Source: Ruminococcaceae bacterium UBA1404 (lineage in GTDB: Bacteria; Bacillota; Clostridia; Oscillospirales; Ruminococcaceae). Taken from it: DNA of 64,000 nt. The translations under genes and the position numbers were made by a program. The stretch covers positions 22,238 to 86,237 of the forward strand of contig DBQC01000022.1 in the NCBI GenBank assembly GCA_002305075.1. Reading direction: 5' to 3'. The notes under the pieces are model-generated. The model saw nothing but the letters and a program-made list of their open reading frames with translations. It ran no database searches and had not been told where the DNA came from. Shown here in pieces: positions 28,771 through 38,068 of the stretch; within the stretch, counting starts at the first letter, position 1, and the number at the start of each line of letters is the position of its first letter.

Positions 28771-29172
28771 TTAGCTTTTTTGCTGTTTTGCGTATTCGCC
28801 AATTTTTTTGTCCATATTGGAGATGTGCTTGGTAAGCCAGTCGATCACCAACTTGTTGGCGTTCATAATCACCAAAAAGCTGCCTCCCGAGGACTCAAAC
28901 TCCCGCTTGATTTTTTCAAGCTCGGCGATAAAAGCGGTGTGGGCCTGCTTTTGGGCGGCGTATTCGGGGTAGTTGATGCTGAGCATATACTTTTCTTCAT
29001 CGGCAAAGTGCTGGCGGGTATAGTCGTCTAAAAAGCCCAGCAGCTCGCCTATATACCCGGCGGCCTGGCGCTTCTGACCGGCCTCAAAAAGCTTTTCGGC
29101 TTTTTCGAACCACACCTTGTGTTGCTCGTCGATCTGGGGAACGCCAACGGATAAATTGGGTGTCCAAGGCAT
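28771..29172 (-). CDS. Bacteriohemerythrin-like metal-binding protein
   Basis: W...L.VG...ID.QH...F ... H F..EE..M ... H ... WL..HI pattern of hemerythrin His/Glu ligands. Confidence 0.85.
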   Translation of the reverse strand: MPWTPNLSVGVPQIDEQHKVWFEKAEKLFEAGQKRQAAGYIGELLGFLDDYTRQHFADEEKYMLSINYPEYAAQKQAHTAFIAELEKIKREFESSGGSFLVIMNANKLVIDWLTKHISNMDKKIGEYAKQQKS

Positions 29173-29342
29173 CGTTTTATCCTCCTGTTTGTATTTTGTT
29201 CGGCTGGTTTCATTATAGCTTTTTTCGACAAATAGGCAAGCTTTTCCTCCAGCTTATGTCACCTTTTGACCAATCTTGACAGCTCAGGCGATTGCGTCTA
29301 AGATAAAAGGGAGTTTGAGCCATTTACATTAGGAGAAATTCC

Positions 29343-30569
29343 ATGAATCGTCCCCTATTTAAGGGCAGCCCCCGCCACAAAGAGGGGCTTTTGTATCTGT
29401 TAACGCTGACCCTTGCGGCTTTATTCATAATAATAGGCAACCGAATAGCCACCCAAAACTCCATCCTATTTAGCCAAAACCGTGACCATTTGCTGGCCAC
29501 CGGCAAGGTGACCGATGTGATAAGCCGGGAATCCTCCACCATGGAGTGGGGCGGCGTGGAGATGGAAAGCGTGCGCATCTACTTTAGGGCCACCCTCACT
29601 TCGGGGCGCTATAAGGGCCTTTCGGTGACCGTTACCCAGCTCAACGAGCCCATCTATCCTATCCAGTTGCGGGAGGTGCAGCCCGGCGACCGGGTGCTGG
29701 TCTATCTTTTGGAGCAGGAGGAGGGCATGCACACCTGGATGCTTCAGGAGTATGACCGCACCGGTCCGCTGCTATGGCTGGGGGTGGCCTTTGGGGTGCT
29801 CATCCTGCTCTTTGGCCGTTTTAAGGGCTTTAACACACTGCTGACCCTCAGCCTGACCTGTCTGTCGCTGTTTTTGGTCTTTGTGCCGGCCATTTTGTCC
29901 GGCTTTAACATCTATATTGCTACTTATGTCATCGCCATTTATGTGGTACTGATGACCTTAGGGCTACTCAGCGGCTACAACCGCAAAAGTTTGGCCGCCG
30001 CTTTGGGCTGTCTTGGCGGGTTGGCGGCCACCGGGCTGCTGTTTTGGTTGATGGACAGTTTTGTTCGGCTAAGCGGCTATGTGGACGAGGAGTCGGTCTT
30101 TCTCTTGGCGCTGGACACCCCGCGCCCCATCGACCTCAAGGCCATTATCTTTGCCGCGGTGGTCATTGGCGCGCTGGGGGCGGTGATGGATGTGGCCGTG
30201 TCGCTGGCCTCCTCTCTAAGCGAGATTTATGACGCCACCGGTGGCGAGGTGAGCTATCTGCGCATTATAAAGTCCGGCCTCAACATTGGGCGGGACATCA
30301 TGGGTGCCACGGCCAACACGCTTATTTTAGCCTATGTGGGCAGCTCGCTGTCGCTGGTGCTGCTGCTGGTAGTTTATGCCCAGTCGCCCATCGAGCTCTT
30401 TAACCGCGAAATGATTGTGGTCGAGCTGCTTCAGGCTTTAATCGGTAGCCTTGGGCTGCTGATTACCGTACCCATCACCTCGCTGGCCTTTGGGTATTTG
30501 ATACACCGGCGCCACAGTGCGGCCCCAACCGAGGTCGCACCGCCGGACGGCCCTACCGAGATGCACTAA
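29343..30569 (+). CDS. YibE/F family membrane protein
   Basis: N-terminal TM and extracytoplasmic domain followed by a polytopic YibE/F-like C-terminal half. Confidence 0.7.
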   Translation: MNRPLFKGSPRHKEGLLYLLTLTLAALFIIIGNRIATQNSILFSQNRDHLLATGKVTDVISRESSTMEWGGVEMESVRIYFRATLTSGRYKGLSVTVTQLNEPIYPIQLREVQPGDRVLVYLLEQEEGMHTWMLQEYDRTGPLLWLGVAFGVLILLFGRFKGFNTLLTLSLTCLSLFLVFVPAILSGFNIYIATYVIAIYVVLMTLGLLSGYNRKSLAAALGCLGGLAATGLLFWLMDSFVRLSGYVDEESVFLLALDTPRPIDLKAIIFAAVVIGALGAVMDVAVSLASSLSEIYDATGGEVSYLRIIKSGLNIGRDIMGATANTLILAYVGSSLSLVLLLVVYAQSPIELFNREMIVVELLQALIGSLGLLITVPITSLAFGYLIHRRHSAAPTEVAPPDGPTEMH

Positions 30570-30596
30570 ATTAAGACAGGATAAGGCGGTGACCGG

Positions 30597-31259
30597 ATGC
30601 CCCGGATTGTTGCTTTGCGGTTTGGACAGGTGAATTGCTATCTGCTTAGAAAGGGCGGCCACTCCTTACTTGTGGACTGCGCACCCCCCGGTTACGAGCG
30701 CAGGTTGGTGCGGGCACTCCACAGCGAGGGACTGGCCCCCGAGGCCATTGAGCTGCTAGTGCTCACCCACGCCCACGCCGACCATAGCGGCACCGCCGAG
30801 TATCTGCGTCAGCACCACGGTGTGCCCATTGCGCTGCACTTTGAGGATGTCACAAAGCCGCGGCCCCTGCGCACCCGGGGGATTGCAGGGCAGATGCTGC
30901 TGACCGCCTCCAAAGCCGTCATCGGTGCTCAGCAGCGCATAGAGCCCGACTATACCCTTGAGGACGGCCTGCGTCTGGACATCTATGGCATCCCGGCCGA
31001 GATTGTGCACCTGCCCGGCCACACCGCCGGCTCGGTAGGCCTGCTGCTTGAGGATGGGCGGCTGCTCTGCGGCGATGCCCTGATGAACTTTAAGGCCCCT
31101 TCCCTCTGCCACATAGCCGAGGACTTTGACGCCGCCCGGGCCAGCCTTGAGCGCCTGATGGGCATGGACATCACCACCGTCTACCCCGGTCACGGGCGGC
31201 CCTTCGCCCTGTCGGCCTTGTTGCATGACCGCACTGAGCAACCGGTGCCCACCGTATAA
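30597..31259 (+). CDS. MBL-fold metallo-hydrolase
   Basis: THAHADHSG motif plus downstream His/Asp ligands. Confidence 0.85.
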   Translation: MPRIVALRFGQVNCYLLRKGGHSLLVDCAPPGYERRLVRALHSEGLAPEAIELLVLTHAHADHSGTAEYLRQHHGVPIALHFEDVTKPRPLRTRGIAGQMLLTASKAVIGAQQRIEPDYTLEDGLRLDIYGIPAEIVHLPGHTAGSVGLLLEDGRLLCGDALMNFKAPSLCHIAEDFDAARASLERLMGMDITTVYPGHGRPFALSALLHDRTEQPVPTV

Positions 31260-31266
31260 ACCTACC

Positions 31267-31300
31267 AAAAAAGCCCCCCGTATGTACGGGGGGCTTTTTA
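31267..31300. terminator. Bidirectional terminator
   Basis: aaaaaagccccccgta / tacggggggctttttt. Confidence 0.8.
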
Positions 31301-31888
31301 TTGGGGTTCTTCCAAGGTTATAATGTCGGCGCCTAGCTCGGCGGCCTCCCGCAGGTCGTGGGTCACCATGACCACCGTGCGTCCGGCGGTTCGCTCGTAC
31401 AGATGGGCCATCACCCGGGCTTTAACCGCATCGTCGAGGCCCTTTAGCGGCTCATCGAGCAGCAGCAGGTCGTAGTCCACCAGCAGCGCCCGGGCCAGCG
31501 CCACCCGCCGCCGCATCCCGCCCGACAGCTCCCGCACCGGGCCGCTAAAGTCGGCGTCGGTCAGAGACAGTGCCCGCAGCTCGTCCTCTATAAGCGGGCG
31601 GTTTAGCCGACCGGGGAGCACAAGGCCAATGTTGCGCACCGCCGTCAGATTCTCGCAGAAGCGCTCCTCCTGAAACACCGCCGACAGCCTCCGTGTGCCC
31701 AGGCCCTCGATGGTGCCGGCGTCGGGCTGCTCGAGCCCCATGAGGATGCGCAGCAGCGTGGTCTTGCCCACCCCCGAGGGCCCGGTGATACAGGTGGTTC
31801 TACCCTCCCGCAGTCGACAGGAGAAGTTTTGCAGTACCATTTTGCCCTCAAAGCTTTTATACAAACCGTTTAGAACAATATCCATCAT
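31298..31888 (-). CDS. ABC transporter ATP-binding protein (NitT/TauT-type, short)
   Basis: Walker A GPSGVGKTT, LSGGMRRR, and Walker B LLLDEP. Confidence 0.85.
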   Translation of the reverse strand: MMDIVLNGLYKSFEGKMVLQNFSCRLREGRTTCITGPSGVGKTTLLRILMGLEQPDAGTIEGLGTRRLSAVFQEERFCENLTAVRNIGLVLPGRLNRPLIEDELRALSLTDADFSGPVRELSGGMRRRVALARALLVDYDLLLLDEPLKGLDDAVKARVMAHLYERTAGRTVVMVTHDLREAAELGADIITLEEPQ

Positions 31889-32655
31889 CGGGCCTCCATG
31901 GTGCGCACGGCTTTGCGCAGCAGCGCTTTAAAAATGTACTCAAATGCAAGGCTTATCAGCACAATGACCAGCGTCCAGGCAAAAAGCTCGCCGGTCATCA
32001 GGTAGATTTTGGCCTTATAAAGCCGCTCGCCAATCGAGCCGGCCGGCACGCCAATCACCTCGGCAGCCACACCGCTCTTCCAGGCAAGCCCCAACGACAC
32101 CGAGCAGGCCGAAGCAAAAAAGGGCAGCACCTGCGAGGCATAAATGTAGACAATGCGCCGCCAAACCGGCACCCGAAACACCCGAGCCATCTCGAGCAGC
32201 TGGGGGTCGGTGGCGTCCATGCCCTGCAGCACACCGGTGTAGATGATGGGCAGCACCATAATAAAGGCCGCCGGCACCGCAAGGTTTTTAGCCGAAACAT
32301 AAAACAGCAGCACCAACACGAAGGAGGCCACGGGAATACTCTTCATCACCAACATAAGCGGCGAAAGCAGCGCCCGCACCGGATACAGGCCATAGGCCGT
32401 TACGGCCAGCACCACACCGGCCACCGCCGCCAGCCCAAAGGCCCACAAAATACGCCCGCAGGAGCCGCCCACCGCCTGCCAAAACATGGGCTGGGTTATC
32501 ATGTCCCAAAGGGTTTGGGCAACCAAAGCAGGCGATACCATGAGTATCGCCTGCCCAAGATGGTCGCTATAAAGCTGCCAGACCACCAGCCAAAAGCCGA
32601 CGGCCAGCGTACTTTGCAGCCATTTGATGTTACTTTTTGTAGTAAAACGCCTCAT
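31885..32655 (-). CDS. ABC transporter permease (NitT/TauT family)
   Basis: Six-TM BPD-type permease. ATG 32655 is preferred over the TTG 32673 track start (GGAGG at 32667-32671). Confidence 0.8.
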   Translation of the reverse strand: MRRFTTKSNIKWLQSTLAVGFWLVVWQLYSDHLGQAILMVSPALVAQTLWDMITQPMFWQAVGGSCGRILWAFGLAAVAGVVLAVTAYGLYPVRALLSPLMLVMKSIPVASFVLVLLFYVSAKNLAVPAAFIMVLPIIYTGVLQGMDATDPQLLEMARVFRVPVWRRIVYIYASQVLPFFASACSVSLGLAWKSGVAAEVIGVPAGSIGERLYKAKIYLMTGELFAWTLVIVLISLAFEYIFKALLRKAVRTMEAR

Positions 32656-33634
32656 CGGGCAGCTTGCCTCCAACCGAGGCGGGATCCTGCTCGTAGAGTG
32701 CCGCCAGGAATCCGCCGACCTTCTGCTGCATCTCCTCGCCGTCTAAATAGGCAAGATTGCAGAGTGGAATGGCCTTTTCGGCCACGGGGGCCGGCACAAT
32801 GCCGAGCTCGCCCACCATCTGGGCCGCTTCGGCCACATTTGCGTTGACATAGTTGATGGATGCCTGATACTCGGAGAGGAACTTGTCCACCGCTTCGGGA
32901 TTCTCCTCAAGGAACTCCGTGCGCACCACAGCCACGCCGGTGACCACCGAACTGTCCTCCACAACCTTTTCCCACTCGGCGGTGATGTCCAGCGCGATGC
33001 GAATTTTGTCGTTCTGGTTCTGGGCCACGGTCACAAAGGGCTGGGGCAGCATGGCAATGGCGTCGCCCTGTGCAAGAATGGCCGCCACCTCGCCCGCCTC
33101 GGTCTTATACTCCACCGTCAGGTCGGTTGCCGGATCGAGACCGCTGTTCTTTAAAAGATAATTGAGTGTCATCTCGGGGGTGGTACCCTTGCCGGTGGCA
33201 TAAACGGTCTTGCCCGCAAGGTCGGCCACCGACTGGATGCTGTCGCCGGTTTCCACAATATAGAGCACGCCCAGCGTGTTGACCGCAATGAGTCGGATGC
33301 TGCCGTCGGTGTTGTTGTAGACCACCGACGAGAGGTTGGCCGGAATGGCCGCAATGTCCACCTCGCCCTTGGCGATGGCGGCGGTCACCGAGGCGGCCTC
33401 GGCCACCAGTTGGAATTCGTAGTGGTTTTCGGTATTGTCTTTGTCATTTTCAGCCAGCAGTTTGACCATGCCCATGGTGGTGGGGCCGGACATGCCCATA
33501 AGCCGCACGGTGGCCTTGGGCTGGGGATCGGGCAGTTCGGGCTCAGATGAAGCCGGCGCCGGCGTGGTTTGGCAGCCCGCCAGCAGCGCAAGGACCAGCA
33601 GAGCCGCAAGGATGGTAAGCGATAGACGCTTCAT
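32630..33634 (-). CDS. NMT1/THI5-like ABC substrate-binding lipoprotein
   Basis: Lipobox LLAGC. Type-2 PBP sequence. First gene of the three-gene transporter operon. Confidence 0.75.
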   Translation of the reverse strand: MKRLSLTILAALLVLALLAGCQTTPAPASSEPELPDPQPKATVRLMGMSGPTTMGMVKLLAENDKDNTENHYEFQLVAEAASVTAAIAKGEVDIAAIPANLSSVVYNNTDGSIRLIAVNTLGVLYIVETGDSIQSVADLAGKTVYATGKGTTPEMTLNYLLKNSGLDPATDLTVEYKTEAGEVAAILAQGDAIAMLPQPFVTVAQNQNDKIRIALDITAEWEKVVEDSSVVTGVAVVRTEFLEENPEAVDKFLSEYQASINYVNANVAEAAQMVGELGIVPAPVAEKAIPLCNLAYLDGEEMQQKVGGFLAALYEQDPASVGGKLPDEAFYYKK

Positions 33635-33766
33635 AAAAAAGACCTCCTGATTGTTGGCCCAAAGGGCCTTTATCCGCCGGCCGGTCGGCCGACGATCCGT
33701 TATTTAGTTTAGCACTAAGGGTTACCAAAAACAATGACAAAACAATGGCGATATTGTTAACATAGG

Positions 33767-34351
33767 CTAATATTTTCGCACAACGCCCACAACTCGGCCC
33801 AAGATGGTAGCCTCGGTGGTGATAATGGGGTCCATGGCGGCGTTTTCGGGCTGAAGGCGATAGTGGCCGTTTTCTTTAAAAAAGCGCTTAACCGTGGCCT
33901 CCTCCCCCACTAAAACGGCGGCAATTTCGCCGTTTTCCACCACCGGCGTGCGCCGCACAACAATAACATCCCCATCTAAAATGGCGGCGTCAATCATGCT
34001 GTCTCCCCGCACCCGCAGGGCAAACAGTCCCTCGGTGCCGCCACTCTCCGGCCTAAAGTGGATATAATCCTCAATTTGCTCTATCGCCAAAATGGGCTGA
34101 CCGGCGGTGATGGCGCCTAACAGCGGCACCAAAACCGGACCCCGGCTGGGCAGCCGAATGCTGCGGTTGGCTCCGCTGCTCGAGAGCAGCAGCCCCTTGG
34201 CTTCGAGGTCCTTGAGATATTTGTGCACGGTGGAGGTGGAGCGGATGTCCAGCTCGGTGCAGATTTCTCGTACCGTGGGAGCCAAGCCCTCGGTTAGGCG
34301 CCGAACAACATAATCATAGATCTCCTGCTCCCGTTTGGCCAGTTGTTTCAT
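33767..34351 (-). CDS. lexA: LexA repressor
   Basis: N-terminal winged HTH (REI...L.IRSTSTVH.YL..LE.KG), an Ala-Gly cleavage region, and S24 peptidase Ser/Lys (GDSM...VKR). ATG 34351 with a GGAGG SD. Confidence 0.9.
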   Translation of the reverse strand: MKQLAKREQEIYDYVVRRLTEGLAPTVREICTELDIRSTSTVHKYLKDLEAKGLLLSSSGANRSIRLPSRGPVLVPLLGAITAGQPILAIEQIEDYIHFRPESGGTEGLFALRVRGDSMIDAAILDGDVIVVRRTPVVENGEIAAVLVGEEATVKRFFKENGHYRLQPENAAMDPIITTEATILGRVVGVVRKY

Positions 34352-34544
34352 GGCAACTCCTCCGTTTATCATCGCTATTTGGCGGCGCCGACAAGATTAC
34401 CCACAATATAGCACAATGTGCCTAATATTGCAAAAATATTGTGGTGGCTTTTCTGCAGCCAGAGCAATGTTTTATCGTCGGGTAAGATGTGCTATACTAT
34501 TCTCGTTCAGCAACCGGTTCGTATTTCACCCCAAGGAGCCTTTT

Positions 34545-35627
34545 ATGTCCACCGATTCTAAGCTGTTTCCCGGTCTTAGCCAGCGCCCTGATCTCATTGA
34601 CCTGTCGGCGCTGCTGCTGGACTGGTACGACCGAAATGCCCGCACCTTGCCCTGGCGAGACGACCCCAGCCCGTACCATGTGCTGCTCTCGGAGGTTATG
34701 CTCCAACAGACTCAGGTGGAGACGGTTATCCCCTATTTCAGGCGCTTTATCGCCGAGCTTCCCGACTTTGCCGCCCTGTCGGTTGTGGAGGACGCCCGCC
34801 TGCTGCGGCTGTGGCAGGGGCTGGGCTACTACCGCAGGGCCCATTATCTCAAAAGGGCCGCCATAGAGATTATGCGCCTGTATGGGGGCGTGCTGCCCGC
34901 CGACTACCATGCCATCCGGCGGCTGCCCGGCGTGGGGGACTATACGGCCGGGGCGGTGGCCTCCATCGCCTTTGGGTTGCCGGTGGCGGCGGTGGATGGC
35001 AATGTGCTGCGGGTATTAGCCCGAATCACCGGCTCTAAGGCCGATGTGACCGCCGCCAGAGCCAAAAAGGACTGCGCAGCCCTGGTCACCGAGCTGATGG
35101 ATACCCGCCGGCCCGGCGACTTCACCCAGGCTCTTATGGAGCTGGGGGCGGTTATCTGCCGTCCGGGAGCGCAGGCAAAGTGCGCATGCTGCCCGGTAAA
35201 CAGGCTTTGTCTCGCCCGGGCGCAAAACAATGTGGCAGCGCTGCCGGTTAAGGCCCCGAAAAAGCCCCGCCGACAGGAGCATCGCAGCCTGCTGCTTATA
35301 CGCCAGAAAGATGCGCTTCTGCTGCGCCGCCGGGAGGACGGTGGGCTATTGGGCGGCCTTTATGAGCCGGTCAATCTGCCCGGACATCTCACCGAGGCCG
35401 AGATAAAGGCCTTTGTAACCGCCCGAGGGGGTCGGCTGCTGGCCCTTGACTCCCTGGGGGAGCGCCGCCACCTGTTCACCCACATAAGCTGGCATATGCG
35501 GGGCTGGCTGGTAGACACCCAAGGCTTATGTGATTTTGACGACCACTTCTTTGCACCCCTGTCCGAGATTGCAGATGGCTACCCGATGCCCTCGGCCTTT
35601 AAGGGCTTTATAAATCAGGTGCTCTAG
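34545..35627 (+). CDS. mutY: A/G-specific adenine DNA glycosylase
   Basis: LPWR..PSPY.VL.SE.MLQQTQV, HhH-GPD, the C-x6-C-x2-C-x5-C Fe-S cluster loop, and a NUDIX-like C-terminus. ATG 34545 after AAGGAG. Confidence 0.88.
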   Translation: MSTDSKLFPGLSQRPDLIDLSALLLDWYDRNARTLPWRDDPSPYHVLLSEVMLQQTQVETVIPYFRRFIAELPDFAALSVVEDARLLRLWQGLGYYRRAHYLKRAAIEIMRLYGGVLPADYHAIRRLPGVGDYTAGAVASIAFGLPVAAVDGNVLRVLARITGSKADVTAARAKKDCAALVTELMDTRRPGDFTQALMELGAVICRPGAQAKCACCPVNRLCLARAQNNVAALPVKAPKKPRRQEHRSLLLIRQKDALLLRRREDGGLLGGLYEPVNLPGHLTEAEIKAFVTARGGRLLALDSLGERRHLFTHISWHMRGWLVDTQGLCDFDDHFFAPLSEIADGYPMPSAFKGFINQVL

Positions 35628-36031
35628 GGGCGCTGTGCGTATCGCTTTAGGCGCTCTTTAAGTGTGCCTGTGTGCAGCTCGAACAGATGATTGTCATAGT
35701 CGTAAAAATAGATTGAACGGCCCTCTCCTTCCACCCGGGGACGCTCGGGTCGCAGCTCCACCCCAGCCAACAGCAGCTTCTCTTTATACCGTTCGTAGTC
35801 CTGGTCGGCAATCTCAAAGGCTATATGGTTATAGCAGCGGGGGATGGTGCTTTCCCCTTCCATAATGGCGATCCAAATGCCACCGATAATAAAAAACATC
35901 TCCCGCGAGAGCGAAAACTGCTCATCCCCGCTGGAGTAGACAAGCTCAGCATCCAAAACCCGCTGCAATAGATCGGAAGTTTTCTCTAAGTCTTTCACAA
36001 TCAGCGTGATGTGACTCATACCCTTAATCAT
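35624..36031 (-). CDS. fosX: Fosfomycin resistance protein, FosX/FosB-type VOC metalloenzyme
   Basis: MSHITLIVKDL.KT...L...YSSGD..FSLS.E.FF...G.WI.IMEG......YNHIAF.I....RPRV.GEGRSIYFYD.DNHLFELH.GTL.ERL.RY closely matches my recollection of Listeria FosX. Confidence 0.7.
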   Translation of the reverse strand: MIKGMSHITLIVKDLEKTSDLLQRVLDAELVYSSGDEQFSLSREMFFIIGGIWIAIMEGESTIPRCYNHIAFEIADQDYERYKEKLLLAGVELRPERPRVEGEGRSIYFYDYDNHLFELHTGTLKERLKRYAQRP

Positions 36032-36141
36032 GCTGCATCATCCTTTATGTAGGTTTGAGGCCATTATGCGCTATTTTAAGGCCGATAACAAGCTTGTCCG
36101 CGGTAGCGTGCAACACTCTAAAGATAAAAGGAGGCTCCGCC

Positions 36142-37485
36142 ATGAACATTTTCATACCCGCCGGTGCGGCGGATATCCTTGATAAGCTCGAGGCGGCGGG
36201 GTACCGAGCCTGGCTGGTGGGCGGCTGCGTACGGGATGCGCTGCGGGGTGTATCTCCCGCCGACTACGATATTGCCACCACCGCCCAGCCCCACAGGGTG
36301 GCCGATATTTTGAAGGATTACCGACTGCTGCCCACAGGCATCAAGCACGGTACGCTGACCGCTCTTGGAGACGACGGGGCCTACGAGGTGACCACTTTGC
36401 GCCTGGACGGCCCCTACACAGACCACCGGCGGCCCGACTCGGTAAGCTTTACCGATGATATTGTAGCCGATTTATCCCGCCGGGACTTTACCATAGGCGC
36501 CATGGCCTATCATCCCAAGCGGGGCCTTGTGGATCCCTTCGGTGGTCAGGCCGACCTGTCGGACAGGCTCATCCGCTGCGTGGGCGACCCTGCCAGCCGA
36601 TTTGAGGAGGATGCTCTGCGCATTTTGCGGGCGGCCCGCTTTGCCAGCGTGCTAAACTTTTCTATTGAGGACGCCACCCGAGCGGCCATGGCCGAACAGG
36701 CCCATCTTTTGCGCAGTATTGCCGCCGAGCGGGTGTTCGCCGAGCTTCTCAAGGCACTGGTGGGGCCGGGCTTTGGACGGGTGTTTGGCCAGTGCGACTT
36801 TTTGCTGCCCGTTATTATCCCCGAGACCGAGGCCATGATCGGCTTTGAACAGCGAAGCCCCTATCACGCCTACAATGTTTACACCCACACTTTGCGGGCG
36901 GTGGACGCCTGCCCCAACGACCCCACGCTGCGACTGGCCATGCTGCTCCACGACATTGGCAAGCCGGGCAGCTTTACTATGGACGCCGCCGGCATAGGCC
37001 ACTTTAAGGGCCACGCCAACTTAAGTGCCCTTATGTCCGAGATCATTTTGCACCGGCTGCGCTGCGAGAGCCGGATGCGCCGAGAGGTTATCGAGCTGGT
37101 GAAGTATCACGGGGCGGATATTCGCGCCGAGGAGCGGATTGTGCGCCGCTGGTTGGGCCGTTTGGGAGAGACCCAGTTGCGGCGGCTGATAGCCGCCAAA
37201 ACCGCCGACGATGCGGCCAAGGCGCCCCACATCGCCCAACAGCGCCGGGACCTGCGCCGGGCCGTGCTGGAGACGCTGGACAAAGTCCTCGCCGAGGGGC
37301 AGGCTTTTAGTCTGCGGCATCTGGCGGTAAACGGCCGGGATATGCTGGCTTTGGGCCTGTCCGGTCCCGAGGTGGGCCGGGCGCTAAGCAGGCTGCTCGA
37401 GGCCGTTATCGAGGGGGATCTGCCCAACCAGCCCGCACCGCTGCTATCCGCCGTGCGGGACTGGATGACCGAGCAGGACACATAA
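36142..37485 (+). CDS. cca: CCA-adding tRNA nucleotidyltransferase (PolyA_pol head + HD domain)
   Basis: GG.VRD.LLG...D.D..T motif and HD motif LLHDIGKP. ATG 36142 after AAAGGAGG. Confidence 0.85.
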   Translation: MNIFIPAGAADILDKLEAAGYRAWLVGGCVRDALRGVSPADYDIATTAQPHRVADILKDYRLLPTGIKHGTLTALGDDGAYEVTTLRLDGPYTDHRRPDSVSFTDDIVADLSRRDFTIGAMAYHPKRGLVDPFGGQADLSDRLIRCVGDPASRFEEDALRILRAARFASVLNFSIEDATRAAMAEQAHLLRSIAAERVFAELLKALVGPGFGRVFGQCDFLLPVIIPETEAMIGFEQRSPYHAYNVYTHTLRAVDACPNDPTLRLAMLLHDIGKPGSFTMDAAGIGHFKGHANLSALMSEIILHRLRCESRMRREVIELVKYHGADIRAEERIVRRWLGRLGETQLRRLIAAKTADDAAKAPHIAQQRRDLRRAVLETLDKVLAEGQAFSLRHLAVNGRDMLALGLSGPEVGRALSRLLEAVIEGDLPNQPAPLLSAVRDWMTEQDT

Positions 37486-37490
37486 GCCTT

Positions 37491-37988
37491 TTAGCGCCGA
37501 TAGCCGTCTATGTGAATATACCGGGCCTTTTGGTAGCGGTAGCTGCTAAGGGTGCGGCCAAAGGCATCCTGACTATGGGTGGATATCAGCACCCCGTCGG
37601 GCCCGGGCTGCCCGGTGCGCTCCACCACCAATAGGCTGTGGCCGTACTGCCGGCCGTCGAAGGAGAGCTGCACGATATCCCCGGGCTGCAGTTCCTCCAG
37701 CGTGACCTCGTGCCCAAAAGGCCCTGCGTCGGCCTTTTTGCGGGTGAGAAAATTGTATAAGTAGGGCACCCCCGTCCAAGCCGGAGCACGGCGGGCCAAA
37801 GAGTGGTAGTACCAGCCAAAGGTCTCGGTCTCGTTCATCACGCCGGTGCCCGCATACAGGCACTGAGAGATAAAGTTGGTGCAGTCGCCCCCTAACTCAC
37901 TAAAGTCAAAATATCGCTTGTTGCGCCCAAAAGCCCATTGTTTGGCATAGGCAACCGCCTCCCAGCGGCGATAGGGCATCACACGCAT
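37491..37988 (-). CDS. Putative amidase-domain protein (Amidase_6-like)
   Basis: YA..W......Y..F....GGDCTNF.SQCL.AG pattern. ATG 37988 lies 6 nt after GGAGG. Confidence 0.6.
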   Translation of the reverse strand: MRVMPYRRWEAVAYAKQWAFGRNKRYFDFSELGGDCTNFISQCLYAGTGVMNETETFGWYYHSLARRAPAWTGVPYLYNFLTRKKADAGPFGHEVTLEELQPGDIVQLSFDGRQYGHSLLVVERTGQPGPDGVLISTHSQDAFGRTLSSYRYQKARYIHIDGYRR

Positions 37989-38068
37989 AAAACCCCTCCC
38001 TTCTCGCCTCATCCTATGCGGGCGAGGTGGCTTTTGTCAGCCGGAGGGTAACCCATAAGGAGGACACT

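Noticed and set aside
33635-33766. Possible TPP or HMP-type riboswitch upstream of the NMT1/THI5-like binding protein operon.
   Set aside because: There is GC-rich secondary structure, but no CUGAGA / ACCUGA...GGAUAAUGCC TPP core or other motif I can recognise.
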